From Bdellovibrio sp. (GTDB lineage: Bacteria; Bdellovibrionota; Bdellovibrionia; Bdellovibrionales; Bdellovibrionaceae), in NCBI GenBank assembly GCA_036677065.1, contig JAKFBS010000004.1:634168-698167 (forward strand): 64,000 nt of DNA, written 5' to 3'. Numbering within the stretch: the first letter of the stretch is position 1; the number at the start of each line of letters is the position of its first letter. The notes under the pieces are model-generated. The model was not told the DNA's origin. It saw only the letters and a program-made list of their open reading frames with translations, and ran no database searches. The position numbers and the translations under genes were made by a program. Positions 1-10,858 of the stretch are shown here, piece by piece.

Positions 1-10
1 GGAAATATTT

Positions 11-1405
11 ATGAGCGAATTTCGTATCGAAAAAGACACTATGGGTGATGTTAAAGTTCCGGCTACGGCTTTGTGGGGAGCGCAAACTCAACGTTCAACT
101 GAAAATTTTAAAATCGGTGGCGATCGTTTTCCACGCGAGATGATCAAAGCTTTAGGCGTTTTAAAAAAATGCGCTGCGATGACGAATGCTGATCTTGGTT
201 TGTTAGATAAAGCCAAAGCTGAATTTATTATTAAAGCGGCTGATGAAGTTATTTCTGGAAAACTTGATGCTCACTTTCCGTTAGTAGTTTGGCAAACCGG
301 TTCAGGCACACAAACAAATATGAACGCGAACGAAGTGATCGCGAACCGCGCGATGACGATGCAAAATTTAACTTTGCCTAATAAAGCCGTTCATCCCAAT
401 GATGATGTGAATAAAGGTCAAAGTTCTAATGATACCTTCCCGACAGCAATGCACATTGCGGTTGCGGATCAATTACATTCTCGTCTTATTCCGATGATGC
501 TTAAACTTCATAAAGCTTTAGAAACAAAGTCTGCTGAATTTAAAGATATCGTAAAAATTGGTCGTACTCACTTGATGGATGCGACTCCGTTAACGTTAGG
601 CCAAGAATTTTCTGGTTACACGACGCAAATGAAAAATGGCGTTCAACGTATTAAAAATACTTTACCGCATGTTTATGAATTAGCATTAGGTGGAACTGCC
701 GTAGGCACGGGATTAAATACTCATATTGATTTTCCGAAAAAAGCTGCGGCAGCTATTGCTGCTGAAACGAATATTCCGTTTGTGACAGCTCCAAATAAAT
801 TTGAAGCTTTAGCTTCGCATGATGCATTAGTTGAACTGCATGGTGCTTTAAAAACTGTGGCTGTGTCGTTAATGAAAATTGCCAACGACATTCGTTTGTT
901 AGGATCTGGTCCGCGTTGTGGTTTTGGCGAATTAAATTTACCAGAGAATGAACCAGGGTCTTCAATTATGCCGGGTAAAGTGAACCCAACACAATCTGAA
1001 GCCATGACGATGGTGTGTGCGCAAGTTCTTGGAAATGATGTCGCGGTTAATGTTGGTGGGGCTACCGGCCATTTTGAGCTTAACGTATTTAAACCAGTTA
1101 TTGTGTTTAACTGCTTAAACTCAATTCGCTTGATCGCTGATGCCTGCGAAAGTTTCACTGATCACTGCGTTGTTGGTATTACGGCAAACACAGCTCAGAT
1201 TAAAAAACACTTAGATAACTCTTTAATGTTAGTGACGGCACTTAATCCGCACATTGGTTATGACAATGCGGCAAAGATCGCCAAGACCGCTCATAAAAAC
1301 GGAACGACTTTAAAGGAAGAAGCTGTTAAGCTAGGGTTATTAACTGCCGAAAAATTCGATGAAGTTGTTCGCCCTGAAACAATGATTTCTCCACTCGGCA
1401 AATAG
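11..1405 (+). CDS. fumC: Class II fumarate hydratase
   Basis: 464 aa; N-terminal [29 protein letters not shown] and the signature [11 protein letters not shown]. Confidence 0.97.
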   Translation: MSEFRIEKDTMGDVKVPATALWGAQTQRSTENFKIGGDRFPREMIKALGVLKKCAAMTNADLGLLDKAKAEFIIKAADEVISGKLDAHFPLVVWQTGSGTQTNMNANEVIANRAMTMQNLTLPNKAVHPNDDVNKGQSSNDTFPTAMHIAVADQLHSRLIPMMLKLHKALETKSAEFKDIVKIGRTHLMDATPLTLGQEFSGYTTQMKNGVQRIKNTLPHVYELALGGTAVGTGLNTHIDFPKKAAAAIAAETNIPFVTAPNKFEALASHDALVELHGALKTVAVSLMKIANDIRLLGSGPRCGFGELNLPENEPGSSIMPGKVNPTQSEAMTMVCAQVLGNDVAVNVGGATGHFELNVFKPVIVFNCLNSIRLIADACESFTDHCVVGITANTAQIKKHLDNSLMLVTALNPHIGYDNAAKIAKTAHKNGTTLKEEAVKLGLLTAEKFDEVVRPETMISPLGK

Positions 1406-1429
1406 AACAGTCAAAAGTTAGGCAAAATA

Positions 1430-2308
1430 TTGAAGCAACTTAATCCGTTATTAGCAAAGTCGACATGGTTGGAATCTGGTGACATCAGACCTTATGTGTT
1501 TGTGCGTCCAGAAAATCAGATTGCTCAACCAGGGACTCGTCATCATTTGGATTGGTTTATTCATGAACCTATTTATAAAAATCCGTTAAACTTAAATGAG
1601 CTTCCTTTTGCCGATGCGATTTATCAAATCGAGTGGAAGTCATTTGGTAAACAAGATTTAGCGATTCCGCGCTGGGTATTTTATGATTGCGCAGCAATGC
1701 CAGGCTTTATTGCCGGTTTTGCTGGTCGCACATCTAAATTACCAAAACAATTAGTTAAAGATCTTGGGATTCCGGAAACTGAAGAATGGTGCCCGTTATC
1801 TTTATTTATTATTATTCCGACGATGCACAAAGGGGAGTGGGTTGCCTACGATCTTTGTTCGGTGAATTCATTTTTACCGAAAGAGCAGCAGTACCACGGA
1901 CTAGGCTTTTTATCTAAGGCCTTTGCTTTGTGGTATGCCAATGTTGAGCAGTGCTCTGGCATGACCCAGTGGGGATCACCGTCATTAAAATTACATTCAC
2001 ACTACGGCCACTTAGAATTAATTGGTTCGTATGCTCCGCTACACACGCACGCAAAAACGATGACCTATCGTTGTGATGTGAATACTGATTGTTGGGAAAA
2101 GTTTTTTACTAAAGAAGAAGACATGGCGTTTCTTGAAAAATGCGCCCCTTCTGGAAAAACGATTGATCCAAAAAGTGAACAGTCGATGATTGAAATGCAA
2201 AATTTAATACAGCAAAACCTTGGCCCTTATTATTTAAGTGCTACCGAAATTGCTAAACAAGAATTATCCGCACCTTTAACAGTCTACCATTTAAAAAAAG
2301 AGAGATAA
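1430..2308 (+). CDS. Hypothetical protein (292 aa), possibly a degenerate GNAT-like fold
   Basis: Long ORF co-oriented between fumC and the next gene; TTG start; QYHGLG weakly resembles acetyltransferase motif A. Confidence 0.7.
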   Translation: MKQLNPLLAKSTWLESGDIRPYVFVRPENQIAQPGTRHHLDWFIHEPIYKNPLNLNELPFADAIYQIEWKSFGKQDLAIPRWVFYDCAAMPGFIAGFAGRTSKLPKQLVKDLGIPETEEWCPLSLFIIIPTMHKGEWVAYDLCSVNSFLPKEQQYHGLGFLSKAFALWYANVEQCSGMTQWGSPSLKLHSHYGHLELIGSYAPLHTHAKTMTYRCDVNTDCWEKFFTKEEDMAFLEKCAPSGKTIDPKSEQSMIEMQNLIQQNLGPYYLSATEIAKQELSAPLTVYHLKKER

Positions 2309-2313
2309 AATAC

Positions 2314-2751
2314 ATGGCTGAATTAACGTTACCCGCAGTTGCTAAATCGTTCCACACTCATTGCAAAAAATGTGAAGGCGATCGTTATCACATCGTTTTA
2401 GCTCACACGTCTTCGACAAAAGCGAAAATTGAATGTGAAGTTTGTAAATCACGTAAAACGTATACATTACCTAAAACGGGAAGCGCTTCTCCAAGTGCAG
2501 TTCGTTTAAGTGCTAAAGGTACAAAAGCAAAAGCTAATTCGGCAAAATCACACACAGGCCAATACGAAGTTTATAATTCAAACCGTATGGCTGATGAAGC
2601 GACTCCTTATTCTATTAAAGGCAGCTTTAAAGAAACACAAAAATTAAATCATGCTAAATTTGGTATTGGCTTTGTGACTAAAACTTACGATGAAAAAATC
2701 GATGTTATTTTTTCTGATGAAGTTCGCACGTTAATGCAAAATCGCAAGTAA
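2314..2751 (+). CDS. Zinc-ribbon protein with a C-terminal UvrD/PcrA-type Tudor-like segment
   Basis: Two CxxC motifs (CKKC, CEVC), a basic linker, then LNHAKFGIGFV...IDVIF. Confidence 0.75.
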   Translation: MAELTLPAVAKSFHTHCKKCEGDRYHIVLAHTSSTKAKIECEVCKSRKTYTLPKTGSASPSAVRLSAKGTKAKANSAKSHTGQYEVYNSNRMADEATPYSIKGSFKETQKLNHAKFGIGFVTKTYDEKIDVIFSDEVRTLMQNRK

Positions 2752-2782
2752 TTGCCAAGTAACGCATAAACTACAGATCACC

Positions 2783-4792
2783 GTGAATAAGTGGACCCAA
2801 GGACTCAATCCAGAGCAAGGCGATGCCGTGAACCATAATCACGGCCCGCTGCTTATTTTAGCCGGAGCCGGCTCGGGTAAAACCACGGTTTTAGTTTCAC
2901 GCACGGGGCGTTTGATCGACGAAAAAATCGCCAAAGCCGAAGAGATCTGCGTTTTAACTTTTACGAATAAGGCCGCGCGTGAATTAAAACACCGCGTGCA
3001 AGTTAAAGTCGGGATTAAATCAAAAGGCCTATGGGCTGGAACCTTTCATTCATTTGGATTACAACTTTTGCGTAAAAACCATAAACTTTGTGGTTTGCCG
3101 GCACAGTTCGGAATTTTAGATCAGTCAGATTCACAAGCGGTCTTAAAAGACTTAGCTAAAAATCTGCGTAACACCACTAAAGATAAATTCGATTTTTCAA
3201 AAGTTTTAGATTTAGTGAATCAACTTCGCGCTAAAAAAACTTTACCTGTTGAATTAGAAGAGTATCACGAAATGGCGATGGCATTAATGCCCGGCTATGA
3301 GAAGGAACTTTTACGCCTAGGTGTGGTGGATTTTGAAGGTTTATTATTAGAACCTTTAAGGTTATTTCAAAAACATCCCGAAGTTCTGGTGAATACGCAA
3401 GAGCGTTTCAAACAGATCATGGTGGATGAATTTCAAGATACCAATCAAGAGCAGATGAAATTAATTCGCGCAATTTCTGAATCGCACACCAATCTTGCCG
3501 TTGTAGGTGATGATGACCAGTCGATTTACGGTTGGCGCGGCGCCGAGATTCAGAATATTTTAAATTTTCCGAAAGAATTTAAAAACTGCCAGGTGATTAA
3601 ATTAGAGCGTAATTACCGATCGAGCGAAAATATTTTAGATTTAGGCAATGCCGTTATCGCCAAAAACGCCAAACGTCATGGTAAAGTTTTACGTTCTGAA
3701 AAAGCCAAAAAAATTGAACACCAAAAACCTGAGGTCTTTGTTTTAGATAACGAAGATGACGAAGCTGACTTTGTTTGTCGTGAAATTCAAACGATCAAAG
3801 CTGCCGGTGGTAAAAATCGTGATATCGCGATTTTATACAGATCTAACACGCAAGGGGCCTTTATCGAGACCAGCTTGCGTAAAGGCCAAATTCCTTACAG
3901 CATCACTGGCGGCACTTCGATCTTTGATCGTAAAGAAGCCAAAGACTGGTTGGCGTATTTAAAACAATCTTTAAATGATGATGAAGTTTCATTTCGTCGT
4001 ATCGTCAATTTGCCGCCGCGCGGTTTGGGTGAAAACACTCTAGATAAGCTGATGGCCTACGCAGAAGAAGTTGAACTGAACTTGCCGCAAGCTTCAAAAA
4101 AGTGGGATAAAGCAGGGCTTCCTGAAGATAAAGGTAAAATTTTAGATAACTTTAATGAATGGATGTGGACGTTTCCACAACGTTTATTAGATGACACTTC
4201 AATTGGTGAAACCATTTCTAAACGTTTTGAATTTCTTGTGCGTGAAATTGGTTATCGTGACCACATGATCAAAAACTCTGAAGGCATGGCGTTTGATAAA
4301 AAATGGCAAGTCGTTGAGATCGTGGGCCGAATATTAGAAAGTTATGTGGGTCGTCGTGAACCTTCAATTGGCACGCTGAAAGATTTCGTTGATAGCATGC
4401 AGCTTCGTGATGATGTCGGTAATGAAGAAGTCAAAGATGAAGTGCAGTTGATGACGTTTCATGCCTCGAAAGGTTTGGAATTTCCGAATGTAATTTTAGT
4501 GGGGGTTGAAGAAGATTTGCTTCCGCATAAACGTTTAGGTGGAGACATCGATGAAGAGCGCAGACTTTTTTATGTGGGTATCACGCGGGCGCAAGAAAAG
4601 CTGACTTTAAGTTATTGTCGGCAGCGAAAAAAGCAGGGCGTGGTTCGTCCGGTGTCACCATCGCGGTTTTTGTTAGAAGTAGATCAAAGTCTTGTTGTGT
4701 GTCACGAAATGGGAAATCGTCCCGTTTCGGCCGATGAGCGTGAAGATCTTGTTAAAAACTTTTTAGCTAAATTTGATTCTGCAAAAAAATAA
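2783..4792 (+). CDS. SF1A DNA helicase, UvrD/Rep/PcrA family (Rep-like length)
   Basis: AGAGSGKT Walker A, TFTNKAARE, VDEFQDTN, VGDDDQSIYGWRGA, NYRS, TFHASKGLEF, EERRLFYVGITRA; 669 aa. Confidence 0.95.
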   Translation: MNKWTQGLNPEQGDAVNHNHGPLLILAGAGSGKTTVLVSRTGRLIDEKIAKAEEICVLTFTNKAARELKHRVQVKVGIKSKGLWAGTFHSFGLQLLRKNHKLCGLPAQFGILDQSDSQAVLKDLAKNLRNTTKDKFDFSKVLDLVNQLRAKKTLPVELEEYHEMAMALMPGYEKELLRLGVVDFEGLLLEPLRLFQKHPEVLVNTQERFKQIMVDEFQDTNQEQMKLIRAISESHTNLAVVGDDDQSIYGWRGAEIQNILNFPKEFKNCQVIKLERNYRSSENILDLGNAVIAKNAKRHGKVLRSEKAKKIEHQKPEVFVLDNEDDEADFVCREIQTIKAAGGKNRDIAILYRSNTQGAFIETSLRKGQIPYSITGGTSIFDRKEAKDWLAYLKQSLNDDEVSFRRIVNLPPRGLGENTLDKLMAYAEEVELNLPQASKKWDKAGLPEDKGKILDNFNEWMWTFPQRLLDDTSIGETISKRFEFLVREIGYRDHMIKNSEGMAFDKKWQVVEIVGRILESYVGRREPSIGTLKDFVDSMQLRDDVGNEEVKDEVQLMTFHASKGLEFPNVILVGVEEDLLPHKRLGGDIDEERRLFYVGITRAQEKLTLSYCRQRKKQGVVRPVSPSRFLLEVDQSLVVCHEMGNRPVSADEREDLVKNFLAKFDSAKK

Positions 4793-4800
4793 TAAACCAT

Positions 4801-4817
4801 TGTTTCAGGCTGATACA
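4801..4817. promoter_or_regulatory. Palindromic operator-like site TGTTTCA-GGC-TGATACA
   Basis: Recurs upstream of fibre genes 2, 3, 4 and 6; starts 64 nt before the -10 element. Confidence 0.65.
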
Positions 4818-4846
4818 ATCCAGTAAACAAAACAGATAAAAATCTT

Positions 4847-4872
4847 TAAAAAATCGTCAATTATGCCGACAA
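4847..4872 (+). promoter_or_regulatory. Sigma28 (FliA)-like promoter of fibre gene 1
   Basis: TAAA-N14-GCCGACAA versus consensus TAAA-N15-GCCGATAA; GTG start 7 nt downstream. Confidence 0.7.
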
Positions 4873-4879
4873 GTTACCT

Positions 4880-7800
4880 GTGGTGAACGTACGTTGGCAG
4901 ACTAAAAATCTGAATCTTTTTGTAATCGTTTTTGTATTCATGTTTATGAATACATCACCGACATTTGCCGGACCAAATCGCACAACCTATCAAGCTAAAA
5001 TTGTAAAACCAGATGGCTATCCACTTGAATCTTCGAGCGTTAATTTTAAATTTACAATTTTAGATCCGACCGGAAGTTGTATTTTATATGCTGAAACTTA
5101 TTCTTCAGTGAATATGTCTTCAACTGGCGGATTAATTTCTTTCTCGTTAGGATCTGGCGTTAAAACATATCCAGCATCAGCTACAACATTTGAACAGGTT
5201 TTTTCTAATATCACTCCGACGTTATCTTGTGATGCCGGTGGACCGCCAAGTTATTCTCCGGCAAGCAGCGACGCGCGAAAAATCGTGATGCAGTTTCATG
5301 ACGGTGCCGGTTGGCAAACTTTGCCTGCGATGAGCATCAACGCTGTACCATATGCAATGTACGCCAGTGAAGCTTCTAGCTTAAATGGTAAAACTGATGC
5401 TGACTTTGTTCAGCTTGCATCGGTGCCAACGTGTTTAACAACAGAAGCTCTGCATTACAACGGCACTAGTTTTTCGTGTGTGAATACGGCGAGTGTTTCT
5501 GCAGCGGCCGTGGTTTCTGCATTAGGTTATACTCCCGCAGATGCGGTGAGCGTGACAGCGCTGAGCTCTTCGTTATCGACGACAGATTCGGCAGTGTCGG
5601 CTGTATCAGCTTCTGTATTTTCAGTAGCCGCTAATGTCGCTTCGGTTTCGTCAAGTGTGTTTGCTGTTTCTTCAACGGTTTCATTATTAGCTAATACAGT
5701 TTCTGCGATCACGTCATCGCAATGGACATCAAGCGGAACAACAGTTTTTTACAATGCTGGAAATGTAGGAATCGGCACAGATAATCCGATCACCACATTA
5801 GAAGTGAGCGGAGCAATTACTGCGACTAACGGAGCGGGCACATTAAATTTACGTGCAGGCGCTGTGCAAGATCATACTTATATGCAATTTTTTGCTCGCA
5901 GTGCAAATCCAGCATCACGTACAGGTTATATTGGATATCCCACAGCTGGCACAAGCCAGCTTAACATCTACAATGAAACTGCAGCTGGCGCCATCGGATT
6001 TGGCACTAATGCCACCTCACGCATGATGATCACGTCTGCCGGTAATATAGGTATTGGTACAACATTGCCGATGACTAAATTAGAAGTTTCTGGCGGCGTA
6101 CGCATCAGTATGGAAGCTGCAACTTGTACTGTCAGTTATGCCGGAACTCTACGTTATAATTCTGGTTTAGTTGAATATTGTAATGGCGCTTCATGGTCAG
6201 CATTTGGTGTGGCCGGTGCAGGGATTACTTTATTTAATGGTTCATCTTCTGGCACACAAACTTTTGTGACGGGAATCAGTGGAACTAATTTTGATATTAC
6301 TTCTTCAAATGGCGTTCATACTTTCAGTATTCCGTTAGCAGCTTCTTCGTCTGTAACTGCCGGTTTATTATCAAATGCAGATTACACGGCGTTCACAAAC
6401 AAAGTTAGTGCAACTAGTGCTTCTGTAATTTCAGCTTTAGGTTATGCACCAGCAAGTGCAACAGGCGTTGCGACTTTAACTTCGAATTTAAATACGGTTT
6501 CATCGACGGTTTCTAGTTTAACGGCATCTACTGCAGCAAGTTTTTCTGCAATTACTTCTTCGCAATGGGTTACAAGCGGTACCGCGATTTACTACAACAC
6601 AGGTGGAGTTGGTATCGGTACATCAAATCCATCAAGTGGATTAACAGTTAACGGACAAGTTGCATTTCAAAATGGTTCTGGCACGGGAATCGGCGCCGTG
6701 TTTAACAATGCAGGATCTTTAAATTTTCAGGCGAATTCGAATTCAAATGGGTTACAACTTGGAACTTCGACGGCAAATCCAATATCTCTTTATACAAATG
6801 GTTCAACAAAAGTAACTGTAACTTCTGGCGGATATATGGGGCTTGGAACTTCGGCTCCGATTTATAATCTGGATATTGCTGGCGGCAGTAATGCAGCCGC
6901 TATTGGTATTACAGGCTCAGGAAATAGCGGGCACACTTCAACTTTATATCTAAATTCAACTGCGGTTTCTGCAACTTCTTATGTAAGACAAGATTCTTTT
7001 GGAAGTTATGCTGCAGGAACTGGTTCGAACGGACATGGATTAAACTTTCTATCGGGTCGTCCGGGCTATAGTAATTTTACATTCCGTGATAGCAATGAAA
7101 ACGTGGGCGTTGCCATCGTTAGTGATTACACAAAAGTAACTTCAATGCCATATGCTGCCCACTTATTAGTAGGTGGTAATGTGGGTATCGGCCGTATTGC
7201 TCCGGTTACAAAACTAGATGTTGCCGGCGGTGTGAAAATCAGTATGGAAGCTGCGACATGTGCGGCAAGTTATGCGGGTACTCTACGTTATAATTCGGGT
7301 TCTGTAGAATACTGTAACGGAACTTCATGGGCCGCTTTCGGAGTTTCGACTTCAGGTTTAACTTCGTTAAATGGATCTAGTTCGCAAACACAAACTTTTG
7401 CAAATGGTGCAACAGGTACTCAGCCTGCGTATGTTACGACAAATGGAGTTCACACTTTAAATATTCCGTTAGCGTCTGCAGGTTCTGTGACTGCGGGTTT
7501 ATTATCAAATGCTGATTACGTTTCATTTTCAAATAAAGTGAATGCAACAAGTGCAGCTATTATTTCTGCTTTAGGTTATACTCCTGCAAATAATGCAGCG
7601 TCGGGAACTTATGCCGTTAAATCTAATAATTTATCTGATTTAACTTCTGCAACGGTAGCACGATCTAATTTAGGCTTAGGTTCAATCGCTTTATTAAATT
7701 CGGTTGATTTAAGCGGATCGCAAGCGACAGGAACTTTAGCTGCAGCACGATTACCGGCACACACGGGCGATGTGCAGTCGTCTGCGGGTTCTGCCGTGTT

Positions 7801-10800
7801 AACTTTAGCTTCGGTTGGTTCAGGTGTAACAAGTGGTTCGCAATACACGAAAGTCACTGTTGATGGTAAAGGCCGCGTAACAAGTGGAGCGCAGTTATCT
7901 GTAACAGATGTGACGACTGCTTTAGGTTACACTCCGGCAAGTGCTTCGGCATCAACGCAGTGGATAACCAGCGGTACAGCGATTAGTTACGTTGCCGGTA
8001 GTGTTGGTATTGGCACTGTTAATCCGGAAGGCCCGTTACATATTTTATCAAGTTCGCCAAACGCCATTATTTTAGAAAGATCGAATTCTAATAATTCACA
8101 TATTCAATATAAAAATACCGCAGGTTCTGTTTATGCGGGCTTAAACATGACAGGTTCTTTTGCTATCGGGCCAAATTTAAATTTATCATCAAGCCCTTTT
8201 CTAACTGTGACCAGTGGAACAGGTAATGTGGGGATTGGCATTGCCGCACCCCAAGAGCAGCTGCATTTAAGTAGAGTTTTAAAATTTACGAATACCGTAG
8301 GAGTCAGTAACTTTCGTGCACCAACAGCCGATAGTTTCAGAATTTTTAACCACGACGATCAAAGCACTGGTAATGCCTACGGCACTGGTGATAATAACGC
8401 GATTATTTTTGAAAATGTTGACAGTAATAATCCGGCACCAGACGACAGTATGTATTTTGTAAATCATGGGTCGAGCGGACCGGTACATGCCCTGACCATC
8501 AAGGGAACTGGCAATATAGGTATTGGATTAATAAACCCAACTGCTAAATTGCATTTAACTTCTGGTTCAACTTCAGTTGCACCGGTAAGAATGACTGCGG
8601 GAAATTTGTTATCGTCTCCACAAGCGGGAGCGATTGAGTATGATGGAACTTCTTTTTATGTAACTGATGGTGCAAATTCACGTAAAGCTATCGTTACTGA
8701 TACGAATGGTTATTACGCTGTTAATACTCTGACATCTGCGGGCCACATGATTTTAGCTCCGACTGGTTCAGTTTTTGTTTCTTCAACCGCAGTTTCAACA
8801 AACTCAAACACTGGCGCCTTAGTTGTGAGTGGCGGTGTCGGCGTTGCCGGAAATATTAATGCTGCTGGAAACATTACAACAACTGCAAATATGCAAGCGG
8901 CGTCGATCACGGCAACAAGCGGAATTATTTCTCCGTATATTGCCGGTAGTGTGGCTTCGGGTGGTGCGATCACAATTGATTCAACAACAAATGCCGGTAA
9001 AGGAAATATTTATTTAAACCCTAACGGCGGCAAAGTGGGTATTGGTTATAATTCACCACTCGGAAAACTTCATATCGGCGGATCAATGTCTGGAGCTTAT
9101 CGCTCTTGGATGGATAACGGTCTATTGATAGGAAAATCTGGCGACAGTGATGGTGGTTATTTCGGTCTAAAAGACGAAGGTTTAAATCGTCAAGACACCG
9201 TCATTGCCTGGGGCGATGATGCAACTGATGTTTTAAGATTCATTCATACATTAAGTGGTGGGGCCTCTGATGGTGCTGAAGCTATGCGAATTACGGCTGG
9301 CGGTAATGTCGGTATTGGAACATCTGCACCTGCACAAAGATTATCGGTGAATGGTGATGTGAGTATTACCGGTGATTTAAGAATGACTGGTAATGATAGC
9401 TACATTTGGACCAACGGATCAGGTACTGGATATACAGGAATTTGGGATACAGCTAATTCTAGAGCGTTACTTTTTACTTCAGAAAATTCAGGCAACGTGG
9501 GTATTAGAACGACAGCTCCTGTCACAGAGTTAGATGTCAGCGGAAGTGTTTTGGTTCGTGGACAAAATATTTTTATGAATCATGATGCTGGTACGAATGT
9601 TAATAATGATTATTTTAATTATGATGATAATGCAGTTTTAGGCGCTGGCGGGGTATTTTCGTTCTTTGCAGATTCTGCGCGTGGTTTAAGTTGGACAGGC
9701 GCGAACGGCGCTATTGCCGCTCGAGCTGGTTACTTTGTGAATAATGTATCTATCGGAACATCAGCAACGACAAGAACACTTGAAGTGAACGGTTCTATTA
9801 ACGCCGGTGGTATGGTTGCAGAGACTTTTACTTTCGGAATCGATGGCACTGTGAATGGAACGTGGGCTATTGGTTCTTTATCAAATAATGGAACTGTCGT
9901 GCATGCAACGTTTGATCTTCACGTGCATAACGGCAGTACTATTGATGCCTTGAAGTTTCAAGTAAGTCTTCCGACCTATTCAAATGGAACTTTCTATTCA
10001 GGCTGGCAAGAGCTTCCGGTCGCATTTGGAAGCTCTGCATGGAATGGTCAGAAAAACTATGTTGTTGATGTATTGCGTACGTCGGCCTCTTCAGGTAATC
10101 CGATTTTCTTTCGTGTCAGAAATAAAGGCGGGAATGGCTCGGCTTCAAGTATGAAAGTGCGTATGACTTATAACAGTGATCAAACTTTTACCCGTATCAC
10201 TCACCAAAATACTGTAGGTACTGCATTTAATGCAGGAACTGCAGCAGCAGGTGGACCGGTTGATGGTATGTATGGTGCTTTAGAGTATTCATTTCCTGTA
10301 GCTGTTGGCCAGGGTTGGAGACCGGCTGATCATAATGGCCTATTTGTTAAAAACAGTGGTTATGTCGGTATCGGCACAAGCACTCCAAGCGAAATGTTAG
10401 AAGTCAGCGGCAGTGTGAAAGCTACAGCTTACTTATACACTTCTGATCGCAGATTAAAAAAAGATATTATCACTTTGCCAGATGCTTTAGCTAGCGTGCT
10501 AAAACTTCGTGGTGTGAATTTCGTCTGGAAAAACAATAATGAAAAAACTGTGGGTTTTATCGCGCAAGAAGTTGAAGCGGTATATCCAGAACTTGTAAAA
10601 ACTGATAAAGTATCGGGCTTTAAAGCTGTTCAGTACGGAAATATCGTAGCGATTTTAGTTGAAGCGATTAAACAAGAAAATAAAGAACGTTTAGAGGCGC
10701 AAAACCGTTGCGAAGCTCAAATTGCAAACGTGCAACGTTCAGTAGCCAGTGGCAGTGATAAATCGGATGCGCGTATCAATCAGCTTGAAAAAGAAAATCT

Positions 10801-10858
10801 AGAGCTTAAAAATCGCTTAGAAAAAATCGAGAAATTCTTAAACGAAAAAGTAAAATGA
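4880..10858 (+). CDS. Fibre 1: secreted MAT-like trimeric tail-fibre adhesin with C-terminal peptidase S74 chaperone (1992 aa)
   Basis: Signal peptide ending TFA|GP; conserved N-domain TYQAKIVKPDGYPLE...WQTLPAMSINAVPYA; many GNVGIGT and ALGYTP repeats; YTKVTVDGKGRVT phage-fibre motif; SDRRLK (Ser codon at 10442) and GFIAQEVE, followed by a coiled coil. Confidence 0.9.
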   Translation: MVNVRWQTKNLNLFVIVFVFMFMNTSPTFAGPNRTTYQAKIVKPDGYPLESSSVNFKFTILDPTGSCILYAETYSSVNMSSTGGLISFSLGSGVKTYPASATTFEQVFSNITPTLSCDAGGPPSYSPASSDARKIVMQFHDGAGWQTLPAMSINAVPYAMYASEASSLNGKTDADFVQLASVPTCLTTEALHYNGTSFSCVNTASVSAAAVVSALGYTPADAVSVTALSSSLSTTDSAVSAVSASVFSVAANVASVSSSVFAVSSTVSLLANTVSAITSSQWTSSGTTVFYNAGNVGIGTDNPITTLEVSGAITATNGAGTLNLRAGAVQDHTYMQFFARSANPASRTGYIGYPTAGTSQLNIYNETAAGAIGFGTNATSRMMITSAGNIGIGTTLPMTKLEVSGGVRISMEAATCTVSYAGTLRYNSGLVEYCNGASWSAFGVAGAGITLFNGSSSGTQTFVTGISGTNFDITSSNGVHTFSIPLAASSSVTAGLLSNADYTAFTNKVSATSASVISALGYAPASATGVATLTSNLNTVSSTVSSLTASTAASFSAITSSQWVTSGTAIYYNTGGVGIGTSNPSSGLTVNGQVAFQNGSGTGIGAVFNNAGSLNFQANSNSNGLQLGTSTANPISLYTNGSTKVTVTSGGYMGLGTSAPIYNLDIAGGSNAAAIGITGSGNSGHTSTLYLNSTAVSATSYVRQDSFGSYAAGTGSNGHGLNFLSGRPGYSNFTFRDSNENVGVAIVSDYTKVTSMPYAAHLLVGGNVGIGRIAPVTKLDVAGGVKISMEAATCAASYAGTLRYNSGSVEYCNGTSWAAFGVSTSGLTSLNGSSSQTQTFANGATGTQPAYVTTNGVHTLNIPLASAGSVTAGLLSNADYVSFSNKVNATSAAIISALGYTPANNAASGTYAVKSNNLSDLTSATVARSNLGLGSIALLNSVDLSGSQATGTLAAARLPAHTGDVQSSAGSAVLTLASVGSGVTSGSQYTKVTVDGKGRVTSGAQLSVTDVTTALGYTPASASASTQWITSGTAISYVAGSVGIGTVNPEGPLHILSSSPNAIILERSNSNNSHIQYKNTAGSVYAGLNMTGSFAIGPNLNLSSSPFLTVTSGTGNVGIGIAAPQEQLHLSRVLKFTNTVGVSNFRAPTADSFRIFNHDDQSTGNAYGTGDNNAIIFENVDSNNPAPDDSMYFVNHGSSGPVHALTIKGTGNIGIGLINPTAKLHLTSGSTSVAPVRMTAGNLLSSPQAGAIEYDGTSFYVTDGANSRKAIVTDTNGYYAVNTLTSAGHMILAPTGSVFVSSTAVSTNSNTGALVVSGGVGVAGNINAAGNITTTANMQAASITATSGIISPYIAGSVASGGAITIDSTTNAGKGNIYLNPNGGKVGIGYNSPLGKLHIGGSMSGAYRSWMDNGLLIGKSGDSDGGYFGLKDEGLNRQDTVIAWGDDATDVLRFIHTLSGGASDGAEAMRITAGGNVGIGTSAPAQRLSVNGDVSITGDLRMTGNDSYIWTNGSGTGYTGIWDTANSRALLFTSENSGNVGIRTTAPVTELDVSGSVLVRGQNIFMNHDAGTNVNNDYFNYDDNAVLGAGGVFSFFADSARGLSWTGANGAIAARAGYFVNNVSIGTSATTRTLEVNGSINAGGMVAETFTFGIDGTVNGTWAIGSLSNNGTVVHATFDLHVHNGSTIDALKFQVSLPTYSNGTFYSGWQELPVAFGSSAWNGQKNYVVDVLRTSASSGNPIFFRVRNKGGNGSASSMKVRMTYNSDQTFTRITHQNTVGTAFNAGTAAAGGPVDGMYGALEYSFPVAVGQGWRPADHNGLFVKNSGYVGIGTSTPSEMLEVSGSVKATAYLYTSDRRLKKDIITLPDALASVLKLRGVNFVWKNNNEKTVGFIAQEVEAVYPELVKTDKVSGFKAVQYGNIVAILVEAIKQENKERLEAQNRCEAQIANVQRSVASGSDKSDARINQLEKENLELKNRLEKIEKFLNEKVK

